Shown piece after piece: positions 35,575 to 49,700 of a DNA stretch of 64,000 nucleotides. Both the position numbers and the translations under genes were made by a program. Each line of letters opens with the position of its first letter. Position 1 is the stretch's first letter. Source of the DNA: Eledone cirrhosa (taxonomy: Eukaryota). The notes beneath the pieces were generated by a model. The model ran no database searches, had not been told where the DNA came from, and worked only from the letters and a program-made list of their open reading frames with translations. Where the stretch lies: NCBI GenBank assembly GCA_964016885.1, contig OZ024741.1, positions 413,664,001-413,728,000 on the forward strand, given 5' to 3'.

Positions 35575-36352
35575 AAACCGATTATTATATTCTTTGATTT
35601 GTAAATATAAATAAATGATTTGATATCTAAATTCTATATTATTCTATTTGTTTGAAATGTTGTAATACATGCTTATGTTATTCTCGATACTCAGGTTTTT
35701 AACCTAATATTTAATTAAAAGTATAATTATGCATGAGTATATACACACAAATATATATATCTATATATTGTGTGTATATATAGAAAAAATATATATAATA
35801 TTTTTATTTATGTTGTTACTTTTTATCATTAGTCACATTTTAGAACAATTTGGTATTTGCGACATTTCCTGGACTTTTGCTCTGTTTTGTTTTTCGTCGA
35901 TTATTTACGTGTTTTACATTCTTCGGTGTTGAATATCAAATCAAGCAAATTGCATTATTCCAAGTGTGTCAATATAGTGCTCATTGGGGGTATGGTGTGG
36001 TGTGTAGTGGCCGGAGGCTGGGCGTACTTGACCGGAAGCGTGCTCGAACGGAAGGGCGAGCAGATGTGACGTCAGCTTGAGAGGCCCCTTTCTCTTCTAC
36101 GGCGGTCATCGGACTGAGACAGACGTGCGATTTGAGGCTGCGATCGGCGAGCTGGATTGTACACACGTGGAAGAGAGGAAAACCAGCCAACGACTTTGCC
36201 AGGACCAGAGAAATGCGGTAAGTGAAGTGTCTTTCTAATCACAAGCTATTTCGGCACTTAAAAACTTATAGAAGAAAAAAAAAGGAAAAAGGAAGAATTT
36301 TTTTTTAAGACAAAGCCACTGGAAAACAGTGTCAATATAGTGCTCATTAACA

Positions 36353-39049
36353 ATGCTGCCTAAAAAAACTTACAAAACTGGAGCAACAAAGAGGAGAGAA
36401 GCTAGACAAGCTGCCATGGAAGAATCTGCAAAGAAATGTCATCTAATCACAAGTTTTCTGAAAAGTCAACAGTCTTCGTCAACAAATAGTGACGCATCTC
36501 AAAGCAACGTAACTGCCGGAATTTCCGGCGAGTCGGTCTGGTCAGATGAACTGGAGAAACAGAAAAGCACTGGAGAGTCGCGAGAACCTGACGTCGAAGA
36601 TGCCTCAGGTCCATCGACTATCTCAACAACCGTCGTAGTCACTGAAGATATAGTTCCAACTGGGGATCCGAACTCAATAGAGGGAAAAATGGCTGTATCA
36701 GAATCTGAAAATGAAAATGATTCAGAGGAAACTACATTGGCAAAACAAATCCCAGAGTATGAGCCAGTAGAATGCATGTTGAATTTACAAGAGAAGTATC
36801 CAAGCGACCCGAAACATTTCGAGGACAGACCATTGACGACACCTCTAATTCGCGCCCTCATGGTCCTTGTCAGCCAGGATTGAAAGATAATTTTGCTGAT
36901 TTCCCTCTCGACTCGAACCACAGAAAATTCAACATCAGTTGGTACAAGAGAAAGTGTGCTGGAATCCATAAAGTTGACCGACACTGGTTAGTATACTCTC
37001 CTGAATCCAACAGACTATATTGCTTTTGTTGTTGGCTGTTTGCTGATAAAAATGCTGAATCTTACTCGAAGACTTGGGGTAATCCAGAGTGTGGGATGGC
37101 AAACTTCAAAAAGGGAATCGAAAAAATTGCCAAGCATGAGAAAAGTGCTATTCACATCAAAGCACAAAAGCAATACTTCATGACAAAATATCGTTTGGAC
37201 GCAGATAAAACAGTGATCGATAACCTCATCCATGAAGAGAAGAAGCGAATTGAACGAAATCGCCAGATATTGAGGCGATTGCTTGATTGTACGTTATTTC
37301 TCGCAAAACAAGGCCTGGCCTTCAGAGGTCACAGGGAATATGCTGGACTTGGCGCCAAATCAGAAAATGAAGGAAACTTTATTGAATTGTTGAAATTGAT
37401 GGCCAAGTATGATACGATCTTGGAAAGCCATTTATTCTCGCCTGGGCGCACTAAAAGACAGCCTATGTACTTAAGTCCAAAATTACAAAACGGATTCATA
37501 GAATTCACAAATAATCACAGAAGTGAAAGTGGCAAAATACTATTCAGTCATCGTCGATTCCACAATAGACATTTCGTATCAGGATCAATGCTCTGTGTCA
37601 CTGCGATATGTATCGAAAAGTGGCCACGCACAGGAGCATTTCCTGTCGTTTTGTGAACTAGAATCAGCAGCCACTGAATCATTTTACGATACGCTTGTGA
37701 AAGTTCTTTTCCAGGATCTATCTTTGGATGCTCAATATATTAGGGGACAAGCTTACGACGGAGCGTCGAATATGTCCGACCATATTTCTGGCTAGAGTTA
37801 AAGAGGGATGCTCTTCGAAAGCTGTTAACATCCATTGTTGCGCTCATAACCTGAACCTGGTGTTAATCGATGCTAGCCAATCGTCAGTGAATGGTAAATT
37901 ATTTTTTTGGTATATTGGAGAGCCTGTATGTTTTCTTAACATCAAGCTTGCCAAGGCTGAAAATCCTCTATGAAGAACAAGAAAAACTATTGACTTCAAC
38001 GGTATTAACATTAAAAAGGACTCAGATACCCGCTGGTTTAGTCACATTCAGGCTGTAGAGGCTACCATTAACAACTTACCGGCAGTAATAAGTGCACTAG
38101 AGAGGATAATAAGTGGGGATGTTCACAACACTGCTCCGAAAGTATTAGCCGAGGCCAGAGGTTTGCTACTAAATGTGAGCAAGTTTGAATTCATTTTCAT
38201 GTTGAAGTGTTTTCAGAATTTACTTAAAAAGCTGCATTCTGTTTCACAATATTTGCAGAAGGAGGCTATCGACTTATATTCCGCGGACGTCATGATTAAA
38301 AATGTAGTAAAAGAAATTTAAGACATCCGCTCAAATGAATATTTTGACCGAACATTATCAGATGCTAAAAATATCGCCGAGCAATGTCAAGTTGAACCAG
38401 AGTTTACAACAGAAAAACGGAAAAGAAAAAAGAAGCGTTTTCATGACGAACCTCATGAGACGATGAGTCAGCATTTTAAACGGGACGTTTATTTCACTAT
38501 CTTAGATAGAATCATTAGTAGCTTTAACGAACGTTTTGCCGACTTGCACGGTCTAGTGAAGGATTTTCGTGTTTGATACCGGCGCACTTCGACGACGACG
38601 ACACATGCAATAGAGAGAGAATCGATAATCTTGTGAAATTCTACGAGGGTGACATCGAAAATGACACTATCTTCGACGAGTATTTATCATTCAAAGATTT
38701 TTACAAGGAAGTGTGTTTAGATAAATCCATATCGAGTTCTGAGATCGTTCCGTTTATGATTTCTAATGACTTAGATAGAGCCTATCCGAACGTGTTTGCC
38801 TTAAACAAAATGTTCATAACTATTCCGGTTAGCTCAGCGCAGGCTGAGCGAACCTTCAGCAGGCTCAAACTGATAAAGAATTATTTGCATAGTACCATGA
38901 GTGAAGAGCTGTTGAATGCTCTGGCAATGATGTACATAGAGCGAGAACTGGCTGAAAAAATTGACTTCAGCATCGTGATTGAAAGTAAAACATCGCAAAT
39001 TAGAACTGTAGAACAAGTGATGTGCTCGAATGTGAAAGTAAAGTTTTAG
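36353..39049 (+). pseudogene. hAT transposase of ZMYM1-like type (TTF-type Zn finger, DUF4371-like, C-terminal dimerisation domain), frameshifted
   Basis: WLVYSP..YCFCCWLF, LAKQGLAFRGH, GNFIELL, VDSTIDIS, GQAYDGASNM, HCCAHNLNL, DTRW, PVSSAQAERTFSRLKLIK across several frames. Confidence 0.92.
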
Positions 39050-39329
39050 ATGGACGATTTGTTGTACATACGAATTTTTGTTGGTGAATAATCGATTGCA
39101 AAACTAGTTTTATTGGATGTTGTTTTTTTTTCTGAAGATAGACCACCGTCTTCGCAGTTAATAAAGTTTTCACGGAACATGCTAACTCTGTAATCTATGA
39201 TGCTGTCTATGCATGTATGAACATATTTCCTTGCAGCCGATGGAAATGAGCGTATCGAATTGGTGAACTCAAAATAGTCTCTTACAACAAAATATCTCTA
39301 AGAAAGAGATATTTCTGAGCCGTATATTA

Positions 39330-42300
39330 TCTATATATATAAAACTGTGGTTGTCTGTCTGTCTATCGATTTTTGGCACACATCTCCTCTTAGAATCTCC
39401 CACGGAATTGCACCGAAATTGCTAGACTTGTACATTGAGCCCTAGCGAAGACATCGGAAAAAAAAAATTTCAAATTGACCCACCCTATGTGACGAAATCG
39501 AATATAATGTATCGATTTTTGAGCGTAAGTTATCAGTTATTTCCCTTTGTTCTGTTTACATTGAGCGTCTTACGTAAAAAATTACGCTGGCTTTCTCAGC
39601 GTTTAAAATGACATTAACACAATACACGAACAGACAGTTGTCGAGCCAGCAAAATATTGACCTGCAAAATTCATCAGTTCGAACACTAAGCTTCCGTTTT
39701 GCTTCATTTCCATTTAAAAGCATTTTAAAACAATATTTTTACTTGAAAACAAGTCTATTTAAAGACTACGTAAAACAAGCAAATATTTCGTCGTTAGGCG
39801 TGCAGAAAGACAGTCGTGCAGACAGATAGTCGTGCAGAGAGGTGATATACGCGTGCAGACAGATAGTCGTGCAGAGAGGTGATATAGGCGTGCAGACAGA
39901 CAGTCGTGCAGAGAGGTGATATAGGCGTGCAGACAGATAGTCGTGCAGAGAGGTGATATAGGCGTGCAGACAGACATAACTGATAATTTGGTTACGCTAA
40001 TGTTTTTCTCTGCGTTGCAGTGTTTACATTTTCGATCTTTGTTAATAAATAACCAGTGCAGTTTCTATCCCCAGCATCCTCTTTTGTTATAACATTCGGG
40101 TTATCGTTATGTTTTCTTAACTTCATAAGGCATATTGTTGGTTGAGGGAATATTAATCAAAAACACCACATGCAAGTCTGCACAGTAGACACTACAGTTT
40201 TTAAGCCAAGAAAGAAACTTAACATTGTAACTTTAACACAGCTACTGAGCGACCCCGAGCAACGCCGGGCTTTACTGCTAGTCTATATATATAAAACTGT
40301 GGTTGTCTGTCTGTCTATCGATTTTTGGCACACATCTCCTCTTAGAATCTCTCACGGAATTGCACCGAAATTGCAATACTTGTACATGGAGCCCTAGCGA
40401 AGACATCGGAAAAAAAATAATTTCAAATTGACCCACCCTATGTGACGAAATCGAATATAATGTATCGATTTTTGAGCGTAAGTGATCAGTTATTTCCCTT
40501 TGTTCTGTTTACATTGAGCGTCTTACGTAAAAAATTACGCTGGCTTTCTCAGCGTTTAAAATGACATTAACACAATACACGAACGAACAGTTGTCGAGCC
40601 AGCAAAATATTGACCTGCAAAATTCATCAGTTCGAACACTAAGCTTCCGTTTTGCTTCATTTCCATTTAAAAGCATTTTAAAACAATATTTTTAGTTGAA
40701 AACAAGTCTATTTAAAGACTACGTAAAACAAGCTTCATTTCCATTTAAAAGCATTTTAAAACAATATTTTTACTTGAAAACAAGTCTATTTAAAGACTAC
40801 GTAAAACAAGCAAATATTTCGTAAAAAAAAGCAAAAATTATATAAGTTTATTTAAAATATATGTATCTGTAAATTTCGTTAGGCGTGCAGACAGATAGTC
40901 GTGCAGAGAGGTGATATACGCGTGCAGACAGATAGTCGTGCAGAGAGGTGATATAGGCGTGCAGACAGACATAACTGATAATTTGGTTACGCTAATGTTT
41001 TTCTCTGCGTTGCAGTGTTTACATTTTCGATCTTTGTTAATAAATAACCAGTGCAGTTTCTATCCCCAGCATCCTCTTTTGTTATAACATTCGGGTTATC
41101 GTTATGTTTTCTTAACTTCATAAGGCATATTGTTGGTTGAGGGAATATTAATCAAAAACACCACATGCAAGTCTGCACAGTAGACACTACAGTTTTTAAG
41201 CCAAGAAAGAAACTTAACATTGTAACTTTAACACAGCTACTGAGCGACCTCGAGCAACGCCGGGCTTTACTGCTAGTCTATATATATAAAACTGAGGTTG
41301 TCTGTCTGTCTATCGATATTTGGCACACATCTCTTCTTAGATTCTCTCACGGAATTGCACCGAAATTGCTATACTTGTACATGGAGCCCTAGCGAAGACA
41401 TCGGAAAAAAAATAATTTCAAATTGACCCACCCTATGTGACGAAATCGAATATAATGTATCGATTTTTGAGCGTAAGTGATCAGTTATTTCCCTTTGTTC
41501 TGTTTACATTGAGCGTCTTACGTAAAAAATTACGCTGGCTTTCTCAGCGTTTAAAATGACATTAACACAATACACGAACGAACAGTTGTCGAGCCAGCAA
41601 AATATTGACCTGCAAAATTCATCAGTTCGAACACTAAGCTTCCGTTTTGCTTCATTTCCATTTAAAAGCATTTTAAAACAATATTTTTACTTGAAAACAA
41701 GTCTATTTAAAGACTACGTAAAACAAGCTTCATTTCCATTTAAAAGCATTTTAAAACAATATTTTTACTTGAAAACAAGTCTATTTAAAGACTACGTAAA
41801 ACAAGCAAATATTTCGTAAAAAAAAGCAAAAATTATATAAGTTTATTTAAAATATATGTATCTGTAAATTTCGTTAGGCGTGCAGACAGATAGTCGTGCA
41901 AAGAGGTGATATACGCGTGCAGACAGACAGTCGTGCAGAGAGGTGATATAGGCGTGCAGACAGACATAACTGATAATTTGGTTACGCTAATGTTTTTCTC
42001 TGCGTTGCAGTGTTTACATTTTCGATCTTTGTTAATAAATAACCAGTGCAGTTTCTATCCCCAGCATCCTCTTTTGTTATAACATTCGGGTTATCGTTAT
42101 GTTTTCTTAACTTCATAAGGCATATTGTTGGTTGAGGGAATATTAATCAAAAACACCACATGCAAGTCTGCACAGTAGACACTACAGTTTTTAAGCCAAG
42201 AAAGAAACTTAACATTGTAACTTTAACACAGCTACTGAGCGACCTCGAGCAACGCCGGGCTTTACTGCTAGTCTATATATATAAAACTGAGGTTGTCTGT

Positions 42301-45300
42301 CTGTCTATCGATATTTGGCACACATCTCTTCTTAGATTCTCTCACGGAATTGCACCGAAATTGCTATACTTGTACATGGAGCCCTAGCGAAGACATCGGA
42401 AAAAAAATAATTTCAAATTGACCCACCCTATGTGACGAAATCGAATATAATGTATCGATTTTTGAGCGTAAGTGATCAGTTATTTCCCTTTGTTCTGTTT
42501 ACATTGAGCGTCTTACGTAAAAAATTACGCTGGCTTTCTCAGCGTTTAAAATGACATTAACACAATACACGAACGAACAGTTGTCGAGCCAGCAAAATAT
42601 TGACCTGCAAAATTCATCAGTTCGAACACTAAGCTTCCGTTTTGCTTCATTTCCATTTAAAAGCATTTTAAAACAATATTTTTACTTGAAAACAAGTCTA
42701 TTTAAAGACTACGTAAAACAAGCTTCATTTCCATTTAAAAGCATTTTAAAACAATATTTTTACTTGAAAACAAGTCTATTTAAAGACTACGTAAAACAAG
42801 CAAATATTTCGTAAAAAAAAGCAAAAATTATATAAGTTTATTTAAAATATATGTATCTGTAAATTTCGTTAGGCGTGCAGACAGATAGTCGTGCAGAGAG
42901 GTGATATACGCGTGCAGACAGACAGTCGTGCAGAGAGGTGATATAGGCGTGCAGACAGACATAACTGATAATTTGGTTACGCTAATGTTTTTCTCTGCGT
43001 TGCAGTGTTTACATTTTCGATCTTTGTTAATAAATAACCAGTGCAGTTTCTATCCCCAGCATCCTCTTTTGTTATAACATTCGGGTTATCGTTATGTTTT
43101 CTTAACTTCATAAGGCATATTGTTGGTTGAGGGAATATTAATCAAAAACACCACATGCAAGTCTGCACAGTAGACACTACAGTTTTTAAGCCAAGAAAGA
43201 AACTTAACATTGTAACTTTAACACAGCTACTGAGCGACCTCGAGCAACGCCGGGCTTTACTGCTAGTCTATATATATAAAACTGAGGTTGTCTGTCTGTC
43301 TATCGATATTTGGCACACATCTCTTCTTAGATTCTCTCACGGAATTGCACCGAAATTGCTATACTTGTACATTGAGCCCTAGCGAAGACATCGGAAAAAA
43401 AATATTTCAAATTGACCCGCCCTATCTGACGAAATCGAATATAATGTATCGATTTTTGAGCGTAAGTGATTAGTTATTTCCCTTTGTTCTGTTTACATTG
43501 AGCGTCTTACGTAAAAAATTACGCTGGCTTTCTCAGTTGTCGAGCCAGCAAAATATTGACCTGCAAAATTCATCAGTTCGAACACTAAGCTTCCGTTTTG
43601 CTTCATTTCCATTTAAAAGCATTTTAAAACAATATTTTTACTTGAAAACAAGTCTATTTAAAGACTACGTAAAACAAGCAAATATTTCGTCGTTAGGCGT
43701 GCAGACAGATAGTCGTGCAGAGAGGTGATATACGCGTGCAGACAGATAGTCGTGCAGAGAGGTGATATAGGCGTGCAGACAGACAGTCGTGCAGAGAGGT
43801 GATATAGGCGTGCAGACAGATAGTCGTGCAGAGAGGTGATATAGGCGTGCAGACAGACATAACTGATAATTTGGTTACGCTAATGTTTTTCTCTGCGTTG
43901 CAGTGTTTACATTTTCGATCTTTGTTAATAAATAACCAGTGCAGTTTTTATCCCCAGCATCCTCTTTTGTTATAACATTCGGGTTATCGTTATGTTTTCT
44001 TAACTTCATAAGGCATATTGTTGTTTGAGGGAATATTAATCAAAAACACCACATGCAAGTCTGCACAGTAGACACTACAGTTTTTAAGCCAAAAAAGAAA
44101 CTTAACATTGTAACTTTAACACAGCTACTGAGCGACCCCGAGCAACGCCGGGCTTTACTGCTAGTCTATATATATAAAACTGTGGTTGTCTGTCTGTCTA
44201 TCGATTTTTGGCACACATCTCCTCTTAGAATCTCTCACGGAATTGCACCGAAATTGCTATACTTGTACATTGAGCCCTAGCGTAGACATCGGAAAAAAAA
44301 AATTTCAAATTAACCCGCCCTATCTGACGAAATCGAATATAATGTATCGATTTTTGAGCGTAAGTGATCAGTTATTTCCCTTTGTTCTGTTTACATTGAG
44401 CGTCTGCGTGCAAAAATTAAAAAAATTACGCTGGCTTTCTCAGCGTTTAAAATGACATTAACACAATAATTTTTACTTGAAAACAAGTCTATTTAAAGAC
44501 TACGTAAAACAAGCAAATATTTCGTAAAATAAAGCAAAAATTATATAAGTTTATTTAAAATATATGTATCTGTAAATTTCGTTAGGCGTGCAGTCAGTTA
44601 TATATATATAGATGATAAACAATAATATCCTCTATGAGGTCACTAAACCTGCTAGAAACAGCAGCTAACTCTCCCTCATATCACACCCCTCCCTACTGTC
44701 TTAAATTTAGAAAACATATCCTCTATGAGGTCACTAAACCTGCTAGAAACAGCAGCTAACTCTACCCATATCACACCCCTCTCTACTGTCTTAAATTTAG
44801 AAAACATATCTTCTATGAGGTCACTAAACCTGCTAGAAACAGCAGCTAACTCTCCCTCATATCACACCACTCCCTACTGTCTTAAATTTAGAAAACACAT
44901 ATCCTCTATGAGGTCACTAAACCTGCTAGAAACAGCAGCTAACTCTCCCTCATATCACACCACTCCCTACTGTCTTAAATTTAGAAAACACATATCCTCT
45001 ATGAGGTCACTAAACCTGCTAGAAACAACAGCTAACTCTCCCTCATATCACAACCCTCCCTACTGTCTTAAATTTAGAAAACACACAGACAACCATGCAG
45101 AACAACTCCATCGCAGCTCTGTTGTTCGGCTGGCATCGTCTACTCGCGTGTTGCGCAAGTACTGTGAAACAGTAAATTTCAACACTTTTTTCCACAGAGA
45201 TAATATCCATAGGCGAAACTACAATTGTCACTGCTGGCGCAGCTCATGCTTCCAGGTCTGCAATTCATTCACCCAGTGCCTGGTAGACAAAAAAGTGCTG

Positions 45301-45354
45301 CAACCTAACTTTGGTAACTTAATGACCCCGAGCAACGCCGGGCTTTAATGCTAG
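39330..45354 (+). mobile_element. Head-to-tail array of six non-autonomous Helitron units
   Basis: Units start TC at 39330, 40282, 41277, 42272, 43267, 44165; each ends hairpin + CTAG; junctions read CTAG|TCTATATATATAAAAC; units 2-4 are 995 bp. Confidence 0.96.
44627..45085 (+). repeat. 91-93-bp tandem repeat (5 copies) inside Helitron unit 6
   Basis: Unit ATCCTCTATGAGGTCACTAAACCTGCTAGAAACAGCAGCTAACTCTCCCTCATATCACACC..CTACTGTCTTAAATTTAGAAAACAT. Confidence 0.93.
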
Positions 45355-46759
45355 TATATATATATAAAACTGTGGTTGTCTGTCTGTCTATCGATTTTCG
45401 GCACACATCTCCTCTTAGAATCTCTCAAGGAATTGCACCGAAATTGCTATACTTGTACATTGAGCCCTAGCGAAGACATCGGGAAAAAAAAATTTTCAAA
45501 TTGACCCGCCCTATGTGACGAAATCGAATATAATGTATCGATTTTTGAGCGTAAGTGATCAGTTATTTCCCTTTGTTCTGTTTACATTGAGCGTCTTACG
45601 TAAAAAATTACAATACACGAACAGTTGTCGAGCCAGCAAAATATTGACCTGCAAAATTCATCAGTTCGAACACTAAGCTTCCGTTTTGCTTCATTTCCAT
45701 TTAAAAGCATTTTAAAACAATATTTTTACTTGAAAACAAGTCTATTTAAAGACTACGTAAAACAAGCAAATATTTCGTCGTTAGGCGTGCAGACAGAAAG
45801 TCGTGCAGAGAGGTGATATAGGCGTGCAGACAGATAGTCGTGCAGAGAGGTGATATAGGCGTACAGACAGATAGTCGTGCAGAGAGGTGATATAGGCGTG
45901 CAGACAGACATAACTGATAATTTGGTTACGCTAATATTTTTCTCTGCGTTGCAATGTTTACATTTTCGATCTTTGTTAATAAATAACCAGTGCAGTTTCT
46001 ATCCCCAGCATCCTCTTTTGTTATAACATTCGGGTTATCGTTATGTTTTCTTAACTTCATAAGGCATATCGTTGGTTGAGGGAATATTAATCAAAAACAC
46101 GCTTCATTTCCATTTAAAAGCATTTTAAAACAATATTTTTACTTGAAAACAAGTCTATTTAAAGACTACGTAAAACAAGCAAATATTTCGTCGTTAGGCG
46201 TGCAGACAGACAGTCGTGCAGACAGACAGTCGTGCAGAGAGGTGATATACGCGTGCAGACAGATAGTCGTGCAGAGAGGTGATATAGGCGTGCAGACAGA
46301 CAGTCATGCAGAGAGGTGATATAGGCGTGCAGACATCAGTCATGCAGAGAGGTGATATAGGCGATTATTTCCCTTTTATGGAATGAGCAGACGATTAGCG
46401 AATGTGCAGACGATTAAGTAAATCTTTAGTAGAGTGAATTGGAATCTCCAGTTTGTTTAATAGCTTCATTTGCACTGTACTGCCTTTGTATGCTACAACG
46501 CTTTAAAAGTTCGGCGAGTTCATTACTTCGTAAGTTATTGATATTTATTTTTTTATTACGACGGTTAGCAAACTTTCCCTATTAAACGTTTGGATTATTT
46601 TCAGTATAAGTTGGTTGATTTCACTATGGCGTTGGCGGTTATGCCTTCTACTTAAATTAATTTTACGGTCTTATAAGGCTGAATTTACTTTAATCTCATT
46701 TTATCTTGACGAAATGGAGGGATTGTTTGTTTTAGGTTTCAATCGTGCCCACCACCCTG

Positions 46760-49700
46760 ATGCCTAAAAAAAGGACACCCTTATTACGACTGACGCGGTC
46801 TCAGATAACAAAAAGAAGGAGGCTGACTGAGGTGTCGTCGAGCATTAGACAGCCTGAAATAGCGGGGTGTTCAGTGAATACAACAGCTCTGTCTATCGAT
46901 GAGCGTTGCTTGAGTCAACAGGACAGAAATGCTGCTTCCATTGCACCTTCACAGGCAACTGAGAATTATGACGAATGTTTATTCCGACGCACCAGAAATG
47001 CTTCTTCAACTGCATCCTTATGTGCTGCAGTGAAACACGTGGAACGTCAAACTCAGCTTGCAAGAAATGCAACGGCAAAAGCAGCTAGGCGAGCTGCAGA
47101 GAATGATGTTCAACGTAAACTCCGTCAAAGCAGAGATGCGGCTGTTACTGCAACTGTTCGAGCTGCAGAGAATGCTATTGAACGTATACTTCGTCAGGGC
47201 AGAGATGCGGCTGCTACTGCAGCTGCGCGAGAAGCGGAGACAGCAGGTAACCGAACTATTCGACTGGGGGGGGGGGGGGGGTTCAGTTTAAAGCCAATAA
47301 GCGGGGTATTTCGAGGGCTGCGAAATCACGGTGGTCATTGAAGGCTTTCAATTATGTCCCCGCTAATAATTATGCTACACACCTTCATATTCAAATTGGT
47401 GACATGTCTGGAATTTGCCAGTTTTGCAAAGCTAAAAAGTGGCCGGGCGAACCAGCCGGAATGTGCTGCTCTAATGGTAAGGTCAACTTGCACCCTCCTA
47501 GAGATCCACCACAGCCATTGAGGCTTCTTCTTACAGGCACCCATTCACTCTCCAGAGCTTTCCTTCTAGATATTCGACATTATAATTGTGCCTTCCAAAT
47601 GACATCTTTTGGATCGAGTTATGAATATGAAGGTGGATTTATGCCCACTTTCAAAGTTCAAGGTCAGGTTTATCATTTTATCGGATCACTGGAGCCTGTA
47701 GATAATAAAGAGCCCCGATTTCTCCAGGTCTACTTCATGTCCAACTGCCTTCAACAAGCTACAAGGCGAAATACATTTGCCTTCCCAAAAGAAAAAACAA
47801 ATAACTTAACTGACTGTCCACAAGCAACAAGGAAATATTCAATTGCCTATGACACTAGACAGGAGCTCCTTTTTGAACTTCAAGACATGCTTCATAGTCA
47901 CAACAGCTATGTTCAGAGCTTTAAATATGCATTAGAAACAGCTCCTGTTGATAATTACTATGTTGTCATTGATGCTGACAAGCGGCCATCTGGAGAACAT
48001 GCAGGCCGCTATAATTCACCTTCTTTGAATGAGGTTGCGATACTTCTCGCTGGTGATCAGCACAACAAACGTGACATTGTTATCAAGCATCGCGACCACG
48101 GACTTCAACGGATCAGTGAAACACACAGATCATACGACGCACTCCAATACCCACTGCTTTTTGTATATGGAGAGGATGGATACCATTTTGGCATTCCACA
48201 ATGTAACTCTACCAATTCAGAGGTTCATTCTACCAAAACAGTTTCATGCAAGGACTTCTATGCATTTCGATTCATGATCCGAGATGACTGTTTTAATCAC
48301 CTCCACCGCTCTCAAGACCTTTTCAACCAGTATGCAACTGACATGTGTGCAAAAATGGAATCAGAGAGATTGTGTTTTATCAAACTCAATCAAAAAAAGT
48401 TGCGTTGTGACAGCTACATACACCTTCGGGATGGAATGAACAATGATGCGGATCCTGAGAGTCTTGGAAAAGTATGCATTCTGCCCTCTACCTTCACGGG
48501 AAGCCCTCGATATATGCATGAAAGGACTCAGGACGCCATGACAATTGTACGACATTACGGTAGGCCAGACTTATTCATAACTTTTACATGTAACCCCAAT
48601 TGGAAGGAGATTGAGGACGAACTCCTTCCTGGTCAGAACACCACACGCCGACATGATCTCGCAGCTAGAGTATTCCGTCTTAAGTTACTTAAGCTTATGG
48701 ATCTTATGAAATTAGGTGAGGTTTTCGGACCAGTTCAATGTGACATGTACACAATCGAATGGCAAAAAAGGGGCCTCCCCCATGCTCATATTCTTATTTG
48801 GCTGACAACAAAGGTTAGTTCTAACGACATTGACAGGATCATCTCTGCAGAATTACCAGATCCTTCCACTGACAAGGACTTGTACATGAAAGTTAGGGCA
48901 CATATGGTGCATGGTCCATGTGGGCCTGGCTTTAGAACCGACTTACCATGCGTTACAGGCAATAAAAGATGCACTAAAAAATTTCCCCGTCAATTTATTC
49001 GCGATACTCAGACTGGCAATGATGGCTACCCATTATATAGACGTAGGCGACCTGAAGATGGAGGTTTTACGGCTAGGGTTAAGAATGGCGAGGTTGACAA
49101 CAGATGGATCATTCCCTATTGTCCACTCCTGCTCAGTACTTTCAACGCACACATTAATGTTGAATTCTGTGGCTCCGTCAAGTGCATCAAATACATATGT
49201 AAGTATGTTAATAAAGGTTCTGACGCTGCTTCGTTCGGTATACTCAACGAAAACAATAGAGACGAAGTAACACAATTCCAAGTAGGTCGATACATAAGTA
49301 GTAGCGAGGCCTTTTGGCGTATCTTTGGTTTTCCAATACATGATAGGCACCCTTCAATTGTAAAATTAGATGTACACCTAGAACACGGTCAACGGGTGTA
49401 TTATACCAATGAAAATGCCACTGAATTAGCACAGACCCCAAGGGAGACAACTTTAACTGGATTCTTCAAACTGTGCAAATACGATGAGTTCGCAAAATCA
49501 TTGCTGTATCCTCAGGTGCCATCATACTACACATGGAATAAAAAAACATGGTGTCGCAGAAAGACTGGCCAACCAGTTATTGGAGTTCCTGGAATCAAAT
49601 TCACTAATTGCTTGGGGCGAGTGTATACGATTCCTCCAAATCAACACAGTTGCTTCTATCTTCGAATGCTACTGCATGAGGTCAAAGGACCGACCAGTTT

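Noticed and set aside
39608-45816. Recurring 60-90 aa ORFs in the Helitron units and the 207-aa ORF at 44725
   Set aside because: They recur only because the DNA is repeated; some span unit junctions; no recognisable domain
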